Notes under the pieces: model-generated
The model's input: the letters and a program-made list of their open reading frames with translations, nothing else
Databases searched by the model: none
Told to the model about the DNA's origin: nothing
Part shown: one piece after another, positions 9,977 to 19,261 of the stretch
Position numbering within the stretch: the stretch's first letter is position 1
Layout: each line of letters starts with the position of its first letter
Made by a program: the position numbers and the translations under genes
NCBI GenBank assembly: GCA_041299705.1
Contig: JBGLNM010000001.1
Coordinates: forward strand, 722,714-786,713
Length of the DNA stretch: 64,000 nt
Source of the DNA: Desulfobacterales bacterium
GTDB lineage: Bacteria; Desulfobacterota; Desulfobacteria; Desulfobacterales; JBGLNM01
Reading direction: 5' to 3'

Positions 9977-10549
9977 ATGCATAGCCCCTGGTCCCCCGAC
10001 GTCTTCATCGACGCCTACCGCTTCGCCGCCGAAGCGCACTGGAGCCCCGCAAGGCGGCAGGTCGTCCCCGGCACGGAGGTCCCCTACCTGATGCACTTCA
10101 GCCAGGTGGCCATGGAGGTGGCCTGGGCCCTGGCCCTGGAACCCGGCCTGGACGGGGACCTCGCCCTCCCGTGCGCGCTGCTCCACGACACGCTGGAGGA
10201 CACGGACACCACTTACGGGCTGCTGGCCGAAAAGTTCGGGCACGCCGTCGCCGACGGCGTGCTGGCCCTCACCAAGGACGAATCCGTCGGCGCCGGCCTG
10301 CCGCAACCCAGGGCCGAGAGGCTGCGGACGACCGACTGCCTGGAGCGGATCGCCCGGCAGCCGCGGGAGATCTGGATCGTGAAACTGGCCGACCGGATCA
10401 CCAACCTCCAGCCGCCCCCCGCGTCCTGGACGCAGGAGAGGAAGACCAGTTACCGCGAGGAGGCGGCCGAGATCCTGGGGGCCCTCGGGGCCGCCAGCCC
10501 CTGCCTGGCGGCCAGGCTCGGGGACAAGATCGAGCGCTACCCCTTGTAG
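9977..10549 (+). CDS. Small HD-domain hydrolase of the RelA/SpoT hydrolase type (small alarmone hydrolase-like)
   Basis: Motif LLHDTLEDTDTTYGLLAEKFGHAVADGVLALTKD and a later KLADRITNL. It starts 2 nt after the vWA gene stop. Confidence 0.7.
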   Translation: MHSPWSPDVFIDAYRFAAEAHWSPARRQVVPGTEVPYLMHFSQVAMEVAWALALEPGLDGDLALPCALLHDTLEDTDTTYGLLAEKFGHAVADGVLALTKDESVGAGLPQPRAERLRTTDCLERIARQPREIWIVKLADRITNLQPPPASWTQERKTSYREEAAEILGALGAASPCLAARLGDKIERYPL

Positions 10550-10580
10550 GTGGTTCACCACGGAGGAACTGAGGTCGGGG

Positions 10581-10608
10581 GTCCGATGTCCGATGTCGGA
10601 TGTCGGCA
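10581..10608. repeat. Four tandem heptamers (GTCCGAT GTCCGAT GTCGGAT GTCGGCA) between convergent genes
   Basis: Read directly from the sequence. Flanked by the inverted 8-mers GGTTCACC (10553-10560) and GGTGAACC (10611-10618). Confidence 0.8.
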
Positions 10609-10742
10609 ACGGTGAACCCTTATTGTCGCGGGGCGCTCCCGGCGGCGTGGAGGTCCCAGGGAGCGGCCACGTCGTTTTCGGACAGACATTTTGCTTGTCG
10701 GATTGAAATCCGACCCACAGGCCCGGGATTGACATGCGGGCA

Positions 10743-12131
10743 TCAATCCTGGCCCAGCAGCTTCCGGACCAGGGCCTCGGCCTCCTCGCGGGTCGTGACG
10801 CTGCCGGCCAGGCGGGCGGTGTCGACCTGGTCGAGAAGGCGCCCGAAGAGGGGCGAGGGCGTCAGCCCGAGGCGAATCAGGTCGTGGCCGGTGATCAGGG
10901 GCGGCCCGGAGCGGATGGCCTCGAAGCGGCCGAAGAAGTGCTCGATCAGCTCGAGCCCGAAACGCCCGAAGGACGCCCCCGGCTCCCTGTCGGCGCTTTT
11001 TGCCTGCATGTCGGCCATGGCGTGGACGACCACGTCCGCTGACAGCTCGCCGCAGGCCTTGAAGCAGCGCGCGACGGCGCGCCCCGACAGCCGGTCGCGG
11101 CGCCAGGCGTCGAAAAGGGAGAGCAGCCGGGTGTGGTGCTGCACCACGGTGTCGATGTAGGTGCTTTCGGCCCTTGAGAATCGCAGGCGCCGGCCCGCCT
11201 GGGCGACCATTTGCGCTCCGAGCCTGGCGTGGCCGTAAAAATGGATGCGGCCGGCGGCGTCGACCGAGCGGCAGGCGGGCTTGCCGATGTCGTGAAGCAG
11301 CGCGGCGCACTTGAGCCGGGCGGCGCAAGCCGGCCGGTGCAGGGGGTCAAGGGCGCGCCGGTGCCGCTCCAACCCGTCCGGGGGGCGCTGCAGCAGGCCC
11401 TCCAGGCGGGAGACGGTCTCCAGGCTGTGGTCGAAGACGTCGAGCCGGTGGGGCGGCGGCTGGCGGCACCCCTTGAGAGCCTCCATCTCCGGGAACAGCC
11501 GGGTCAGCAGGCCGGTTTGCGCCATGGCGGCCAGGTAGGCGGCGGCCCCGGGGCAGGCCAGGAGCTTGAACCACTCCTCGCGCAGGCGCTCCGGGGCCGC
11601 CCGCACCAGGTGCGGCGCGTCCTGGGCGATGGCCGCGGCTGTTGCCGCGGCGATGTGGAACCCGAGCTGGGCGGCCACCCGGTAGGCGCGCAGCAGGCGC
11701 GCCGGGTCGTGCGTGAACACCGGGCGCGAGACCATTCGAACGGTGCCCGCGGCCAGGTCCGCGGCGCCGCCGGCCGGGTCGATGAGGCGCCCGGAGGAAA
11801 GCGAGACGGCCATGGCGTTGATGCTGAAGTCCCGCTGGAGCAGGTCCTCCTCGATCCGGGCGCCGTTGAGGCCGCAGACGTCGAAGACCCTCCCCGGCGT
11901 CACCACCCGCACCACGGCCTGCCCCGGCCTTCCCATGAAGACCAGGCGGCCCGGGCGCAGCCGCAGCAAGGCCTTGGCGTACGCCACGGGGTCGCCTGCC
12001 ACCGCCACATCGCAGTCCACGGGCGGACGATCGAGGAGCAGGTCGCGCACCGTGCCGCCGACGAGGTAGGCCCCCTGCGCTTGGGGGAGGTCGCCCAGTG
12101 GGGTGGGTGAAACCAAGTGGCCCGTTTCCAT
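10743..12131 (-). CDS. cca: CCA-adding tRNA nucleotidyltransferase / poly(A) polymerase family with an HD domain
   Basis: Motif GGTVRDLLLDRPPVDCDVAV (the GG.VRD..L signature), then RDFSINAMA and an HD motif LLHDIGKP. Confidence 0.8.
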   Translation of the reverse strand: METGHLVSPTPLGDLPQAQGAYLVGGTVRDLLLDRPPVDCDVAVAGDPVAYAKALLRLRPGRLVFMGRPGQAVVRVVTPGRVFDVCGLNGARIEEDLLQRDFSINAMAVSLSSGRLIDPAGGAADLAAGTVRMVSRPVFTHDPARLLRAYRVAAQLGFHIAAATAAAIAQDAPHLVRAAPERLREEWFKLLACPGAAAYLAAMAQTGLLTRLFPEMEALKGCRQPPPHRLDVFDHSLETVSRLEGLLQRPPDGLERHRRALDPLHRPACAARLKCAALLHDIGKPACRSVDAAGRIHFYGHARLGAQMVAQAGRRLRFSRAESTYIDTVVQHHTRLLSLFDAWRRDRLSGRAVARCFKACGELSADVVVHAMADMQAKSADREPGASFGRFGLELIEHFFGRFEAIRSGPPLITGHDLIRLGLTPSPLFGRLLDQVDTARLAGSVTTREEAEALVRKLLGQD

Positions 12132-12155
12132 TTGGGAAAAAATGATGTAAAGCGC

Positions 12156-12182
12156 TTGACAGGACGATTTTGATGTTATATT
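12156..12182 (+). promoter_or_regulatory. Candidate sigma70 promoter for rho (TTGACA, then TGtTATATT extended -10), upstream of a ~360-nt leader
   Basis: TTGACA at 12156-12161. TG at 12174-12175 and TATATT at 12177-12182. The 15-nt spacer is short, so this is tentative. Confidence 0.4.
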
Positions 12183-12541
12183 TCATCGGAACGAATTAGG
12201 CAAGCAGCCCGCCGAATGGAGAGCGTGCCCTTTCGCTCTCCGGATGACATTCACGAAACGATCGAATTCCTCCTGTCCTGACCCGAGCGGATCCTGCTCT
12301 ATCGACTGCCGGTTTTCGAGGACCAGCTGAATCCATTGACGATGCGTTCTTTCTTTTGAGGCGGAAGGCTGAATGGGCTCGGGCCCGCCGCTGAGCCGTT
12401 TCCGGTGTCCGAGTCCAGGGCCGCAAGCTCCCTTTCCCCCGAATCCATAATCCCTGTGCCTTTCCGAAAAATGCGATCCTTGCCAGCCACAGCCCGGCCG
12501 TGCGGCGCCATTTGACAACCTTCTCGTGAGGTGCTTTCTTG

Positions 12542-13789
12542 ATGAACATTGCGGAACTGAAGGAAAAGAAAATCAGTGAACTGACAAAGATGGCCAAGGC
12601 GTTCAACATCCAGGGCGCGGCCGGGATCCGGAAGCAGTAACTGATTTTCGCCCTGCTCCAGGCGCTGATCGAGAAAAACGGCCTGATCTACGGCGAGGGC
12701 ACCCTGGAGATCCTGCCAGACGGCTTCGGCTTCCTGCGTTCCCCCGCCTCCAACTATCTCCCGGGGCCGGACGACATTTACGTGTCCCCCTCCCAGATCC
12801 GGCGGTTCAACCTGCGTACCGGCGACACCGTGTCGGGTCAGATCCGCCAGCCCAAGGAGTCCGAACGCTATTTCGCCCTTCTCAAGGTGGAGGCGGTCAA
12901 CTTCGAGGACCCGGAAGCGGCCAGGGACAAGATCCTCTTCGACAACCTGACGCCCCTCTACCCGGACCGCAAAATTACCCTCGAAACCACGTCCGACAAT
13001 TATTCCGCCCGCATCATGGACCTGCTCGCCCCCATCGGCTTCGGCCAGCGGGGCCTGATCGTCTCCCCGCCGCGCTCCGGCAAGACCATGCTGCTGCAGG
13101 CCATCGCCAACAGCATCAGCACCAACCACAAGGACATCATGCTCTTCGTGCTGCTCATCGACGAGCGCCCGGAAGAGGTCACCGACATGAAGCGCATGGT
13201 CGTGGGCGAGGTGGTCAGCTCGACGTTCGACGAGCCCCCGGACCGGCACGTGCAGGTGGCCGAGATGGTGATCGAGAAGGCGAAGCGCCAGGTCGAGCAC
13301 GGCCGGCACGTCGTCATCCTCCTGGACAGCATCACGCGCCTGGCGCGCGCCTACAACTCCGTGATCCCGCCGAGCGGCAAGATTCTTTCGGGCGGGGTCG
13401 ATTCCAACGCCCTGCAGCGCCCCAAACGCTTTTTCGGCGCCGCGCGCAACATCGAGGAGGGCGGCAGCCTGACCATCATCGCCACGGCCCTCATCGACAC
13501 CGGAAGCCGCATGGACGAAGTCATTTTCGAGGAGTTCAAAGGCACCGGCAACATGGAGCTGCAGCTGGACCGGCGCCTGGCCGACAAGCGGGTCTTCCCC
13601 GCCATCGACATCAAGAAATCGGGAACCCGCAAGGAGGAACTGCTCCTCGACCCGGAGACCCTCAACCGTGTCTGGATCCTGCGCAAGCTGTTCACTTCCC
13701 TCAACACGAGCGATGCGGTGGATTTTTTGCTTGAAAAAATGTCGAGAACGAAGAATAATAAAAACTTTCTGGATTCCATGAACGCCTAA
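12542..13789 (+). CDS. rho: Transcription termination factor Rho, interrupted by an in-frame TAA at 12638-12640 (codon 33)
   Basis: N-terminus [46 protein letters not shown]. Walker A PPRSGKT, plus [15 protein letters not shown] and the full C-terminal domain. The same frame is kept across the stop. Confidence 0.9.
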
Positions 13790-13858
13790 GGGCCGGCAAG
13801 GCCCCGACGGCATCGCGCCAACCGCGTTCGAAACGATTTCAAAGGAGTGCTGAAGCAG

Positions 13859-14055
13859 ATGAAGGCCGATACCCATCCCCCTTACCAGAACACCCAGATC
13901 ACGTGCGCCTGCGGGGCCGTGTTCGAGGCCGGCTCGACCAAATCCGACATCAAGGTGGAGATCTGTTCCAAGTGTCACCCGTTTTTCACCGGAAAGCAGA
14001 AGCTTGTGGACACGGCCGGTCGCATCGAGCGGTTCCGTAAAAAATATGCCAAGTT
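13859..14055 (+). CDS. rpmE: Ribosomal protein L31; the native stop and last few residues are lost at a breakpoint
   Basis: [57 protein letters not shown] at 13841-13847. The ORF then reads through to 14386 with no similarity. Confidence 0.85.
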
Positions 14056-14185
14056 CATACCAGTAGGGGGTGGCGATCCCGTAGGGCTGCACGCTCACGG
14101 TCTGCGCCTGCGCCGCACCGGCCGCCATAAGCCCGGCCAGGAGCAGGCACGCGAGCACCAGGCGCGCGGTGGCTTTTCTTTTCAT
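14056..14185 (-). pseudogene. N-terminal ~43 codons of a secreted protein (signal peptide), truncated head-on against rpmE
   Basis: [43 protein letters not shown] with a GGAGGA RBS. The rest of the listed 628-aa ORF is antisense to rho. Confidence 0.5.
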
Positions 14186-14270
14186 GGTATCGGTCCTCCA
14201 GGTTTTACAGGCCGCCCCGTGGGTTCCCCCGCCGGGGCGGTCGTGGCTTCATCTATGTTTCCCGGCGGCT

Positions 14271-15503
14271 CTACTCGTCGGCCGGCGCGGTCGATGCGGA
14301 CAGGTTCTGGATCACGTTGTGGTAGCTCACCGCGCCCACTTCGCAGTCCCAGGCGATGCGCGCCTGGAAGGCGATCTGGCTGTTGAGGTAGGCCTGGGTG
14401 TCCATGCCCAGCGTCACCACCTCGTAGCGCATCTTCCACTTGCGCCGGTACTGGCGCGTAAAGCAGCCGTAGTACCAGGCCGAGGTGGAAAGGTCGTCGA
14501 GCTTCGGGCTGCTGTATACCCTGCCCACCGGCACGTTCCACATTCCGCCCGGGCCCCAGTTGGACTTTTCGTTTTCCACGCCCGGGGTGTACTCGGAGTT
14601 CAGCACCCGGAGCACCTTGTCCAGGATGGCGTCGGGCACCAGCAGGGCGATCTCGCTTCGCGGGGCGGCCATCCTGCGGCCGCGCTCGTTTTTCATGGAG
14701 GCGAGCAGCACGCGGGCGGCCTCCAGGTCGGAATAGTCCACGAAGGCGTTGCTCGTCTTGCGGTTGCCGGAGGGCGCCATGGTCCCGGGGGTGTTGGCGG
14801 TGGCCGAAAAAAGCGCCGTCCCGACACCTTCCGGGCGGTAGGCGTAGGGCTCGGCCGCGCTGCCCTTGCTTCCCCAGTGGTCGGTCACGCGCTCCAGCGT
14901 CAGCTCCTCCACCCACTCGGTGCCGATCTCGCCGAGCTTGTTCACCCGGCTTGCGATGTCGGCCAGGTTGTTTTCCAGGATCGCCTCCACCGAGATGGAC
15001 AGCTTGCGGCCGTTTTTCCGGTGGCGGATCTCGACGGTGGACTCCCGCGCGCCGATCTCGGGGAAGTCCTCGGTTTCGCCGACCTTCTCCACGTCCTTGT
15101 CCAGGGTTTCCACCTGGGCCAGGGTCGTGACCTTCTTGTCGTCGTCCATGTCCTCCACCAAAAACTGCCCGATGGTGGGCACGGCGTCGGCGGCGGCGTT
15201 GATGGCCCCCACCACGGCGGTCCCCACCAGCACGGGGAAGGCCTGGGAGGTGATGGTGCGCTGCATCCCGTGCACCATGGCGGTCACGGGCACCTCCACG
15301 TCGGCCAGGCCGCGGTAGAGGCTCCGCAGGTCGGCGAGGTCGGAAAGCAAAAGCTTCCCGCCGTCGCACAGCGCCTGCACCTTTGGGGCGAAGGCCCTCG
15401 GCTCGTTCTGCGCCATCTGGCGCAGGGCCGCGATGGAAAGCCCGGGCCCGTGGGTGATAATCGGGCTGGAGAATCTTCCTTTCATCGTCTTGGCTCCTTT
15501 CAT
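14271..15503 (-). CDS. Phage major capsid protein
   Basis: Last gene of the head module, ~410 aa, downstream of the protease and decoration genes. Call rests on general capsid-like composition and position; the family was not resolved. Confidence 0.65.
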   Translation of the reverse strand: MKGAKTMKGRFSSPIITHGPGLSIAALRQMAQNEPRAFAPKVQALCDGGKLLLSDLADLRSLYRGLADVEVPVTAMVHGMQRTITSQAFPVLVGTAVVGAINAAADAVPTIGQFLVEDMDDDKKVTTLAQVETLDKDVEKVGETEDFPEIGARESTVEIRHRKNGRKLSISVEAILENNLADIASRVNKLGEIGTEWVEELTLERVTDHWGSKGSAAEPYAYRPEGVGTALFSATANTPGTMAPSGNRKTSNAFVDYSDLEAARVLLASMKNERGRRMAAPRSEIALLVPDAILDKVLRVLNSEYTPGVENEKSNWGPGGMWNVPVGRVYSSPKLDDLSTSAWYYGCFTRQYRRKWKMRYEVVTLGMDTQAYLNSQIAFQARIAWDCEVGAVSYHNVIQNLSASTAPADE

Positions 15504-15523
15504 CTGCGCGTCAAGTGGCGCGG

Positions 15524-16363
15524 TTAGCTTTCAATCGTGATGTCGGCGTCGGCCGCGCTCGGGCTGCTGACCACCAGCCAGTCGGTGCCGTCCCAGACCA
15601 CCTCGGCGAAATCTCCCTCGTCGGTCATGGACATGTGCTTGCCGGCGTCGTTGATGGCCCCCTTGACGATCAGTTTGGACCCGTCGGGTTTGGGGTCAAA
15701 CACCAGGGGCTGCGCCGCGCCCACAAAGAGCGTCACATGCCATCCCACCGGCACCACGGCGTTGGGCGCGGTGATGGTCACGGAGCCGGAGGCGCCCTTG
15801 GTGGAGATGATCGCGCCGCAGTCCTCCAGGGTCAGGGTGTAGGCCGCGATCTTGGTCAGCACCTTCTTCAGGCCAGTCTGGAGGATGTTCTTGTAGTAGT
15901 AGCTGTATTCTGGGTGTACCACTGCCCGCACGTAGCTCTTGTTGGTGAGCGTGACCCCGACGTCCGGGTAGTTGTCGGTCGAAACCGACACGGCCGCCAC
16001 GGCGCCGTCGACGTCGCGCGTGAGCTGCTGGCTTTCGGAAGCCACCAGGGTCAGGGCGTCGCCCAGCTCAACGGCTGCGGCCGCGGACAGGGCGAGCTCC
16101 CACACGTCGCCCATGCGCGGCATGTAAAAGTCCATGTAGCGCGCGGAGTCGTCGGCCTTCTGCTCTTCCGCCGCGATGGCCAGGCTGTAGGCGTTGTCGG
16201 CCACGGCGTTTGCCGGGACGAAGTAGCCGGCCGTTTCGTTGTACACGCAGATCTCGCCGCGCTTGATGGCGGCGGTGCTTCCCGCCTGCACCTTGCCGGG
16301 CAGGATGAGCGGTTTGGTCGCGCCGTCGAGGCTGCCGACCCACGGGGACTGATTGGTCGCCAT
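15524..16363 (-). CDS. Phage head decoration/cement-like protein (DUF2190-like N-terminal region)
   Basis: Sits between the protease and capsid genes. N-terminal GSTAAIKRGEICVYNETAGYFVP resembles DUF2190 head proteins. Confidence 0.5.
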   Translation of the reverse strand: MATNQSPWVGSLDGATKPLILPGKVQAGSTAAIKRGEICVYNETAGYFVPANAVADNAYSLAIAAEEQKADDSARYMDFYMPRMGDVWELALSAAAAVELGDALTLVASESQQLTRDVDGAVAAVSVSTDNYPDVGVTLTNKSYVRAVVHPEYSYYYKNILQTGLKKVLTKIAAYTLTLEDCGAIISTKGASGSVTITAPNAVVPVGWHVTLFVGAAQPLVFDPKPDGSKLIVKGAINDAGKHMSMTDEGDFAEVVWDGTDWLVVSSPSAADADITIES

Positions 16364-16387
16364 GTTGTGTCTCCTTTCCTCGCCGCT

Positions 16388-17416
16388 TTAGTAGGCGGCC
16401 TCGATGGGGTGTTTGAGGGATCGCGCCAGCAGGTCGTCGTCGACCTCGGAGAGCTTGGGCAGCGCGGGCGTTTCGGTCCCGCGGGCGTTTGGCAGCGGGC
16501 CGTCGCCGTTGTCGCGGGCGTCGCGCCGGGCGATGGCCGCATCCCCGATGTGGCGCAGCAGCTCGGCCTCGGTCTTGCCGGCAAGCGCCAGGTCGATCAC
16601 CTGGCACTTGGTTTCCAGGCCCACGGCCGCGGCCCTCCCGGTGATCTCCAGCAGCACCTCGGGCGACACCCGGAGCTGCGGCTTGCCCTGGTCGGCCACG
16701 GCCGCCGTCACCTGGGCGAGGATGTCCTCCGCCCTGGGGATGGAAGCGCGCAGGCCCTCGACCGCCTCGCCGATCATCTTCTTGATCTCGTCTTTTTCCA
16801 TGTCGTTCTCCTTTTTTTCGTGCGCGTTTGTGATGCGGATGCCGTCGAGGCTTCTCGCGGCGCGGCCTATGCCGACAGTCGAGTCCGCCGGGACAGGCGT
16901 CAGGCTGATTTCATAGGCCTCCCACTTCGTGGCGACGATGGCGGGCCCGTTAAATTCGCGTTTGGTTTTCGGCTCGATCCACTTCTCGTTTTCCTGCACT
17001 TGCACCGCCTCGTGGATCCGGTACCCGAAGGACACCCCCCGCAGGCTCCCGCTCTTGACCTTGGCCAGGGCCTTGTTGCCCGTGTCATCGTCGTCAAAAG
17101 CGATCACCGCCTCGCCCCGGCGCGCCTTCTCGTCGATGCGCGCGGACACCACCGGGCCGATGATGGCGTCGATGTCGGATGCGTTGTGGCCGTAAAGCAC
17201 CGCGCCCACGCCCGAAAGCCGCGACAGGTCGGCATTATCCTTGCCGTGCAGCAGGTACTCGTCGCCCATCCAGCGGGCCACCGGCTTTTCGCTTGAAAAC
17301 GTCAGCGAAACGGTGCGCCCCTCGGTTTCCTGCTCGCGCTCAAGGGCGGACGACCTGAAAAACAGGCCGTCCCGCGGCTCTTGCGTCGTCGTCGCCGGCT
17401 TCATCTTTCCCGCCAT
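16388..17416 (-). CDS. Prohead protease (HK97/U35-type) fused to a scaffold-like C-terminal region
   Basis: GAVLYGHN..GEAVIAFDDDDTGNKALAKVKSGSLRGVSFGY..EISLTPVPAD, followed by a charged helical tail. Confidence 0.7.
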   Translation of the reverse strand: MAGKMKPATTTQEPRDGLFFRSSALEREQETEGRTVSLTFSSEKPVARWMGDEYLLHGKDNADLSRLSGVGAVLYGHNASDIDAIIGPVVSARIDEKARRGEAVIAFDDDDTGNKALAKVKSGSLRGVSFGYRIHEAVQVQENEKWIEPKTKREFNGPAIVATKWEAYEISLTPVPADSTVGIGRAARSLDGIRITNAHEKKENDMEKDEIKKMIGEAVEGLRASIPRAEDILAQVTAAVADQGKPQLRVSPEVLLEITGRAAAVGLETKCQVIDLALAGKTEAELLRHIGDAAIARRDARDNGDGPLPNARGTETPALPKLSEVDDDLLARSLKHPIEAAY

Positions 17417-17491
17417 CGTTTTGCTCCTTCGCGCCCGCCCCCAGCCCGGGGAACGTCACGCCGTATTTTTCCTCGAGGTCTTTGATGCGCT

Positions 17492-18592
17492 TTAACTCCC
17501 GCGCCCGCTGCTCCAGTGTTCGTCGGGGTCCTTGCCCAGCTCGGTGAGCGTGTCGGTGAGCGTTTCCACGTTGGAGCGCAGGTCCGTCTCTCGCCCGGCG
17601 CTTTCCTTGGCCGGGTCTATCCACCGCCGGTAGACCATCGGCACCCAGGAGGCGGCCAGAAGCTCCGGCGTGCGCCTGCCGTAGTGGCTTGCCGGCAGCA
17701 GGCCGGCGGCAACGGCGGCCGCCACCACGCTGGCGTAGATCGGGGCGCACAGGTGGTTGATCAAGAGGCCCTGGCGTATCCAGCACGAGGCGTAAAACTG
17801 GATCAGGATGGTCCGGGCGTTGCTGTAGTTCAGCCCCGCCCACCGCTGGGCGAACACTTCCGGCGGGATGTCAAGGGCGTTTGCCGGGCCTTGCAGGAGG
17901 TCGTAGGAGTATTCGGAAAATGCCGAAGACGGGCGGCTCGGGTTGTTGAAATCTATCTTTTCCCCCGGCTTTCCCACGAAGGTGGCCCCGGGCGCGAAGT
18001 CGAACTCTCGCCGGGTGTACTCCTCGCCGTCGGCCCCCGTGTCGGTCGCCGCCGCCTGGGCGAAAGCCCCGGCGAAGGCCTGCGGGTTTTCGGTCTGGAT
18101 GGTCGCCACATGGCTTGCCGCCATGATCGCGCCGTACTTCTCCGCCTCGCGGTAGCGGTCCAGGTCCTGGGCGTCGAGCAGCCCCGGCCCGAAGGCCGAA
18201 TAGCCCCGCGTCTGCTCCGGGCGCACGGGGTCAAAGAGGTGGATCACCTTGCGCGTGCCGTTGGGGTTGAACGCCTCCACCTGCTCGTAGTCGTCGCGCC
18301 GGACGGCCGCTATGATCGACTCACCGGGGTGCTGGCGCAGGATGAAGTAGTATTTCGGCGCGCCCTCTTCGTCGTACTCCACCCCGTGGCGCACCCGCGG
18401 GTTGCGCGCCTCGGAAAGCGGCGTGCCCAGGCGGTCGCACTCCAGCACCTCGACACAATAGGGCAGGGTGCGCCCGGGCCGGGCCGACGTGCGCCCCACC
18501 ACCAGCACCTCGCCGTCGCGCAGCAGCGCGGCCAGGGCCAGGCGCTGTATGCCGTAAAAGCTCTGGAGCATCCGCCGGTCGGCGTCCTTGCA
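17492..18592 (-). CDS. Phage portal protein (lambda family), C-terminal ~2/3 only
   Basis: Portal-like region from ~CKDADRRMLQSFYG to the C-terminus, directly upstream of the protease gene. Fused in frame to an unrelated N-terminus. Confidence 0.65.
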   Translation of the reverse strand, partial: CKDADRRMLQSFYGIQRLALAALLRDGEVLVVGRTSARPGRTLPYCVEVLECDRLGTPLSEARNPRVRHGVEYDEEGAPKYYFILRQHPGESIIAAVRRDDYEQVEAFNPNGTRKVIHLFDPVRPEQTRGYSAFGPGLLDAQDLDRYREAEKYGAIMAASHVATIQTENPQAFAGAFAQAAATDTGADGEEYTRREFDFAPGATFVGKPGEKIDFNNPSRPSSAFSEYSYDLLQGPANALDIPPEVFAQRWAGLNYSNARTILIQFYASCWIRQGLLINHLCAPIYASVVAAAVAAGLLPASHYGRRTPELLAASWVPMVYRRWIDPAKESAGRETDLRSNVETLTDTLTELGKDPDEHWSSGRGS

Positions 18593-19162
18593 CCCGGCGG
18601 CGCGGTGCCCCACCATGGCCGCCGCTATCCTGACCCGCTTTTCGCCGGCCGGCCCGATGCACAGAACCGACGGCGCAGGGTCGCCGACCGAATGTCGGAT
18701 AAGGGCGGTCTTTTCCGAAACCCACTTTCCCCGCAGGTGTTCCGCCGGCCGCAGAGAAGCTTCACCGTCGTCGACGACGAGGTAGACGGGTGTCTGCGAC
18801 CGGCCCTGGACGATGAGCGCATCGAAGCCCGCCTTTCTCACATCGGGCCCGAAGTCGCCCCCGCACCGCGCTTCGCCCCAGACACGGGTCAGGGGCGACT
18901 TGAAACAGAGCATGATGCTGCCGCCGCCGGGAACGCTGTGCAGGGTCAGGGGGCTGGTGGCAAATACCAGCTTGTTGTCGGGGCCTAGCGGGTCGGTGTG
19001 CCCTTTCAGCTCATCGTAGAGCAGCCTGGCGCCGAACCCGACCCCTCCCAGGTACTGGCGCAACCCCCGGGGATCGATGGCCTCGCTCGTTGTAGCGCCC
19101 GTTCCCAGGTCGACGTGCAATTGCCGCCCGAAATAACCGTAGGTCTCCTGAGCCATGAACAC
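18593..19162 (-). CDS. Aldehyde:ferredoxin oxidoreductase (AOR family), N-terminal domain only
   Basis: GRQLHVDLGTG..YLGGVGFGARLLY..GPDNKLVFATSPLT..GFDALIVQGRS..PVYLVVDDG..CIGPAGEKRVRIAA. Similarity stops at ~RAAG. Confidence 0.8.
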
Positions 19163-19261
19163 CTCCCGCCGGCGTGGTCGATTCCGTGTCCGGGGGGGAT
19201 CCGCAGACCGCGGCGCACCCGACCGGACCGCCCCCCCGGCCCGCGCCTCCCCCGGGCGCCC

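Larger units (their letters stand above)
14271..18592 (-). mobile_element. Phage/prophage head-morphogenesis module fragment with lambda-like order: portal (partial), protease/scaffold, decoration-like, major capsid
   Basis: Four co-oriented head genes. No terminase, tail, lysis or integrase genes in the window. The portal is truncated at its N-terminus. Confidence 0.75.

Noticed and set aside
12638-12640. Programmed recoding (readthrough, selenocysteine or pyrrolysine) at the rho TAA
   Set aside because: Sec and Pyl use UGA and UAG, not UAA. UAA also terminates rho itself (13787-13789) and other genes here, so an altered genetic code is not supported. A point error or mutation is the simpler explanation.
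12299-14055. 628-aa minus-strand ORF covering the rho region
   Set aside because: It is antisense to an unmistakable rho gene. Only its first ~43 codons (14056-14185, a signal peptide) look genuine and are annotated separately.
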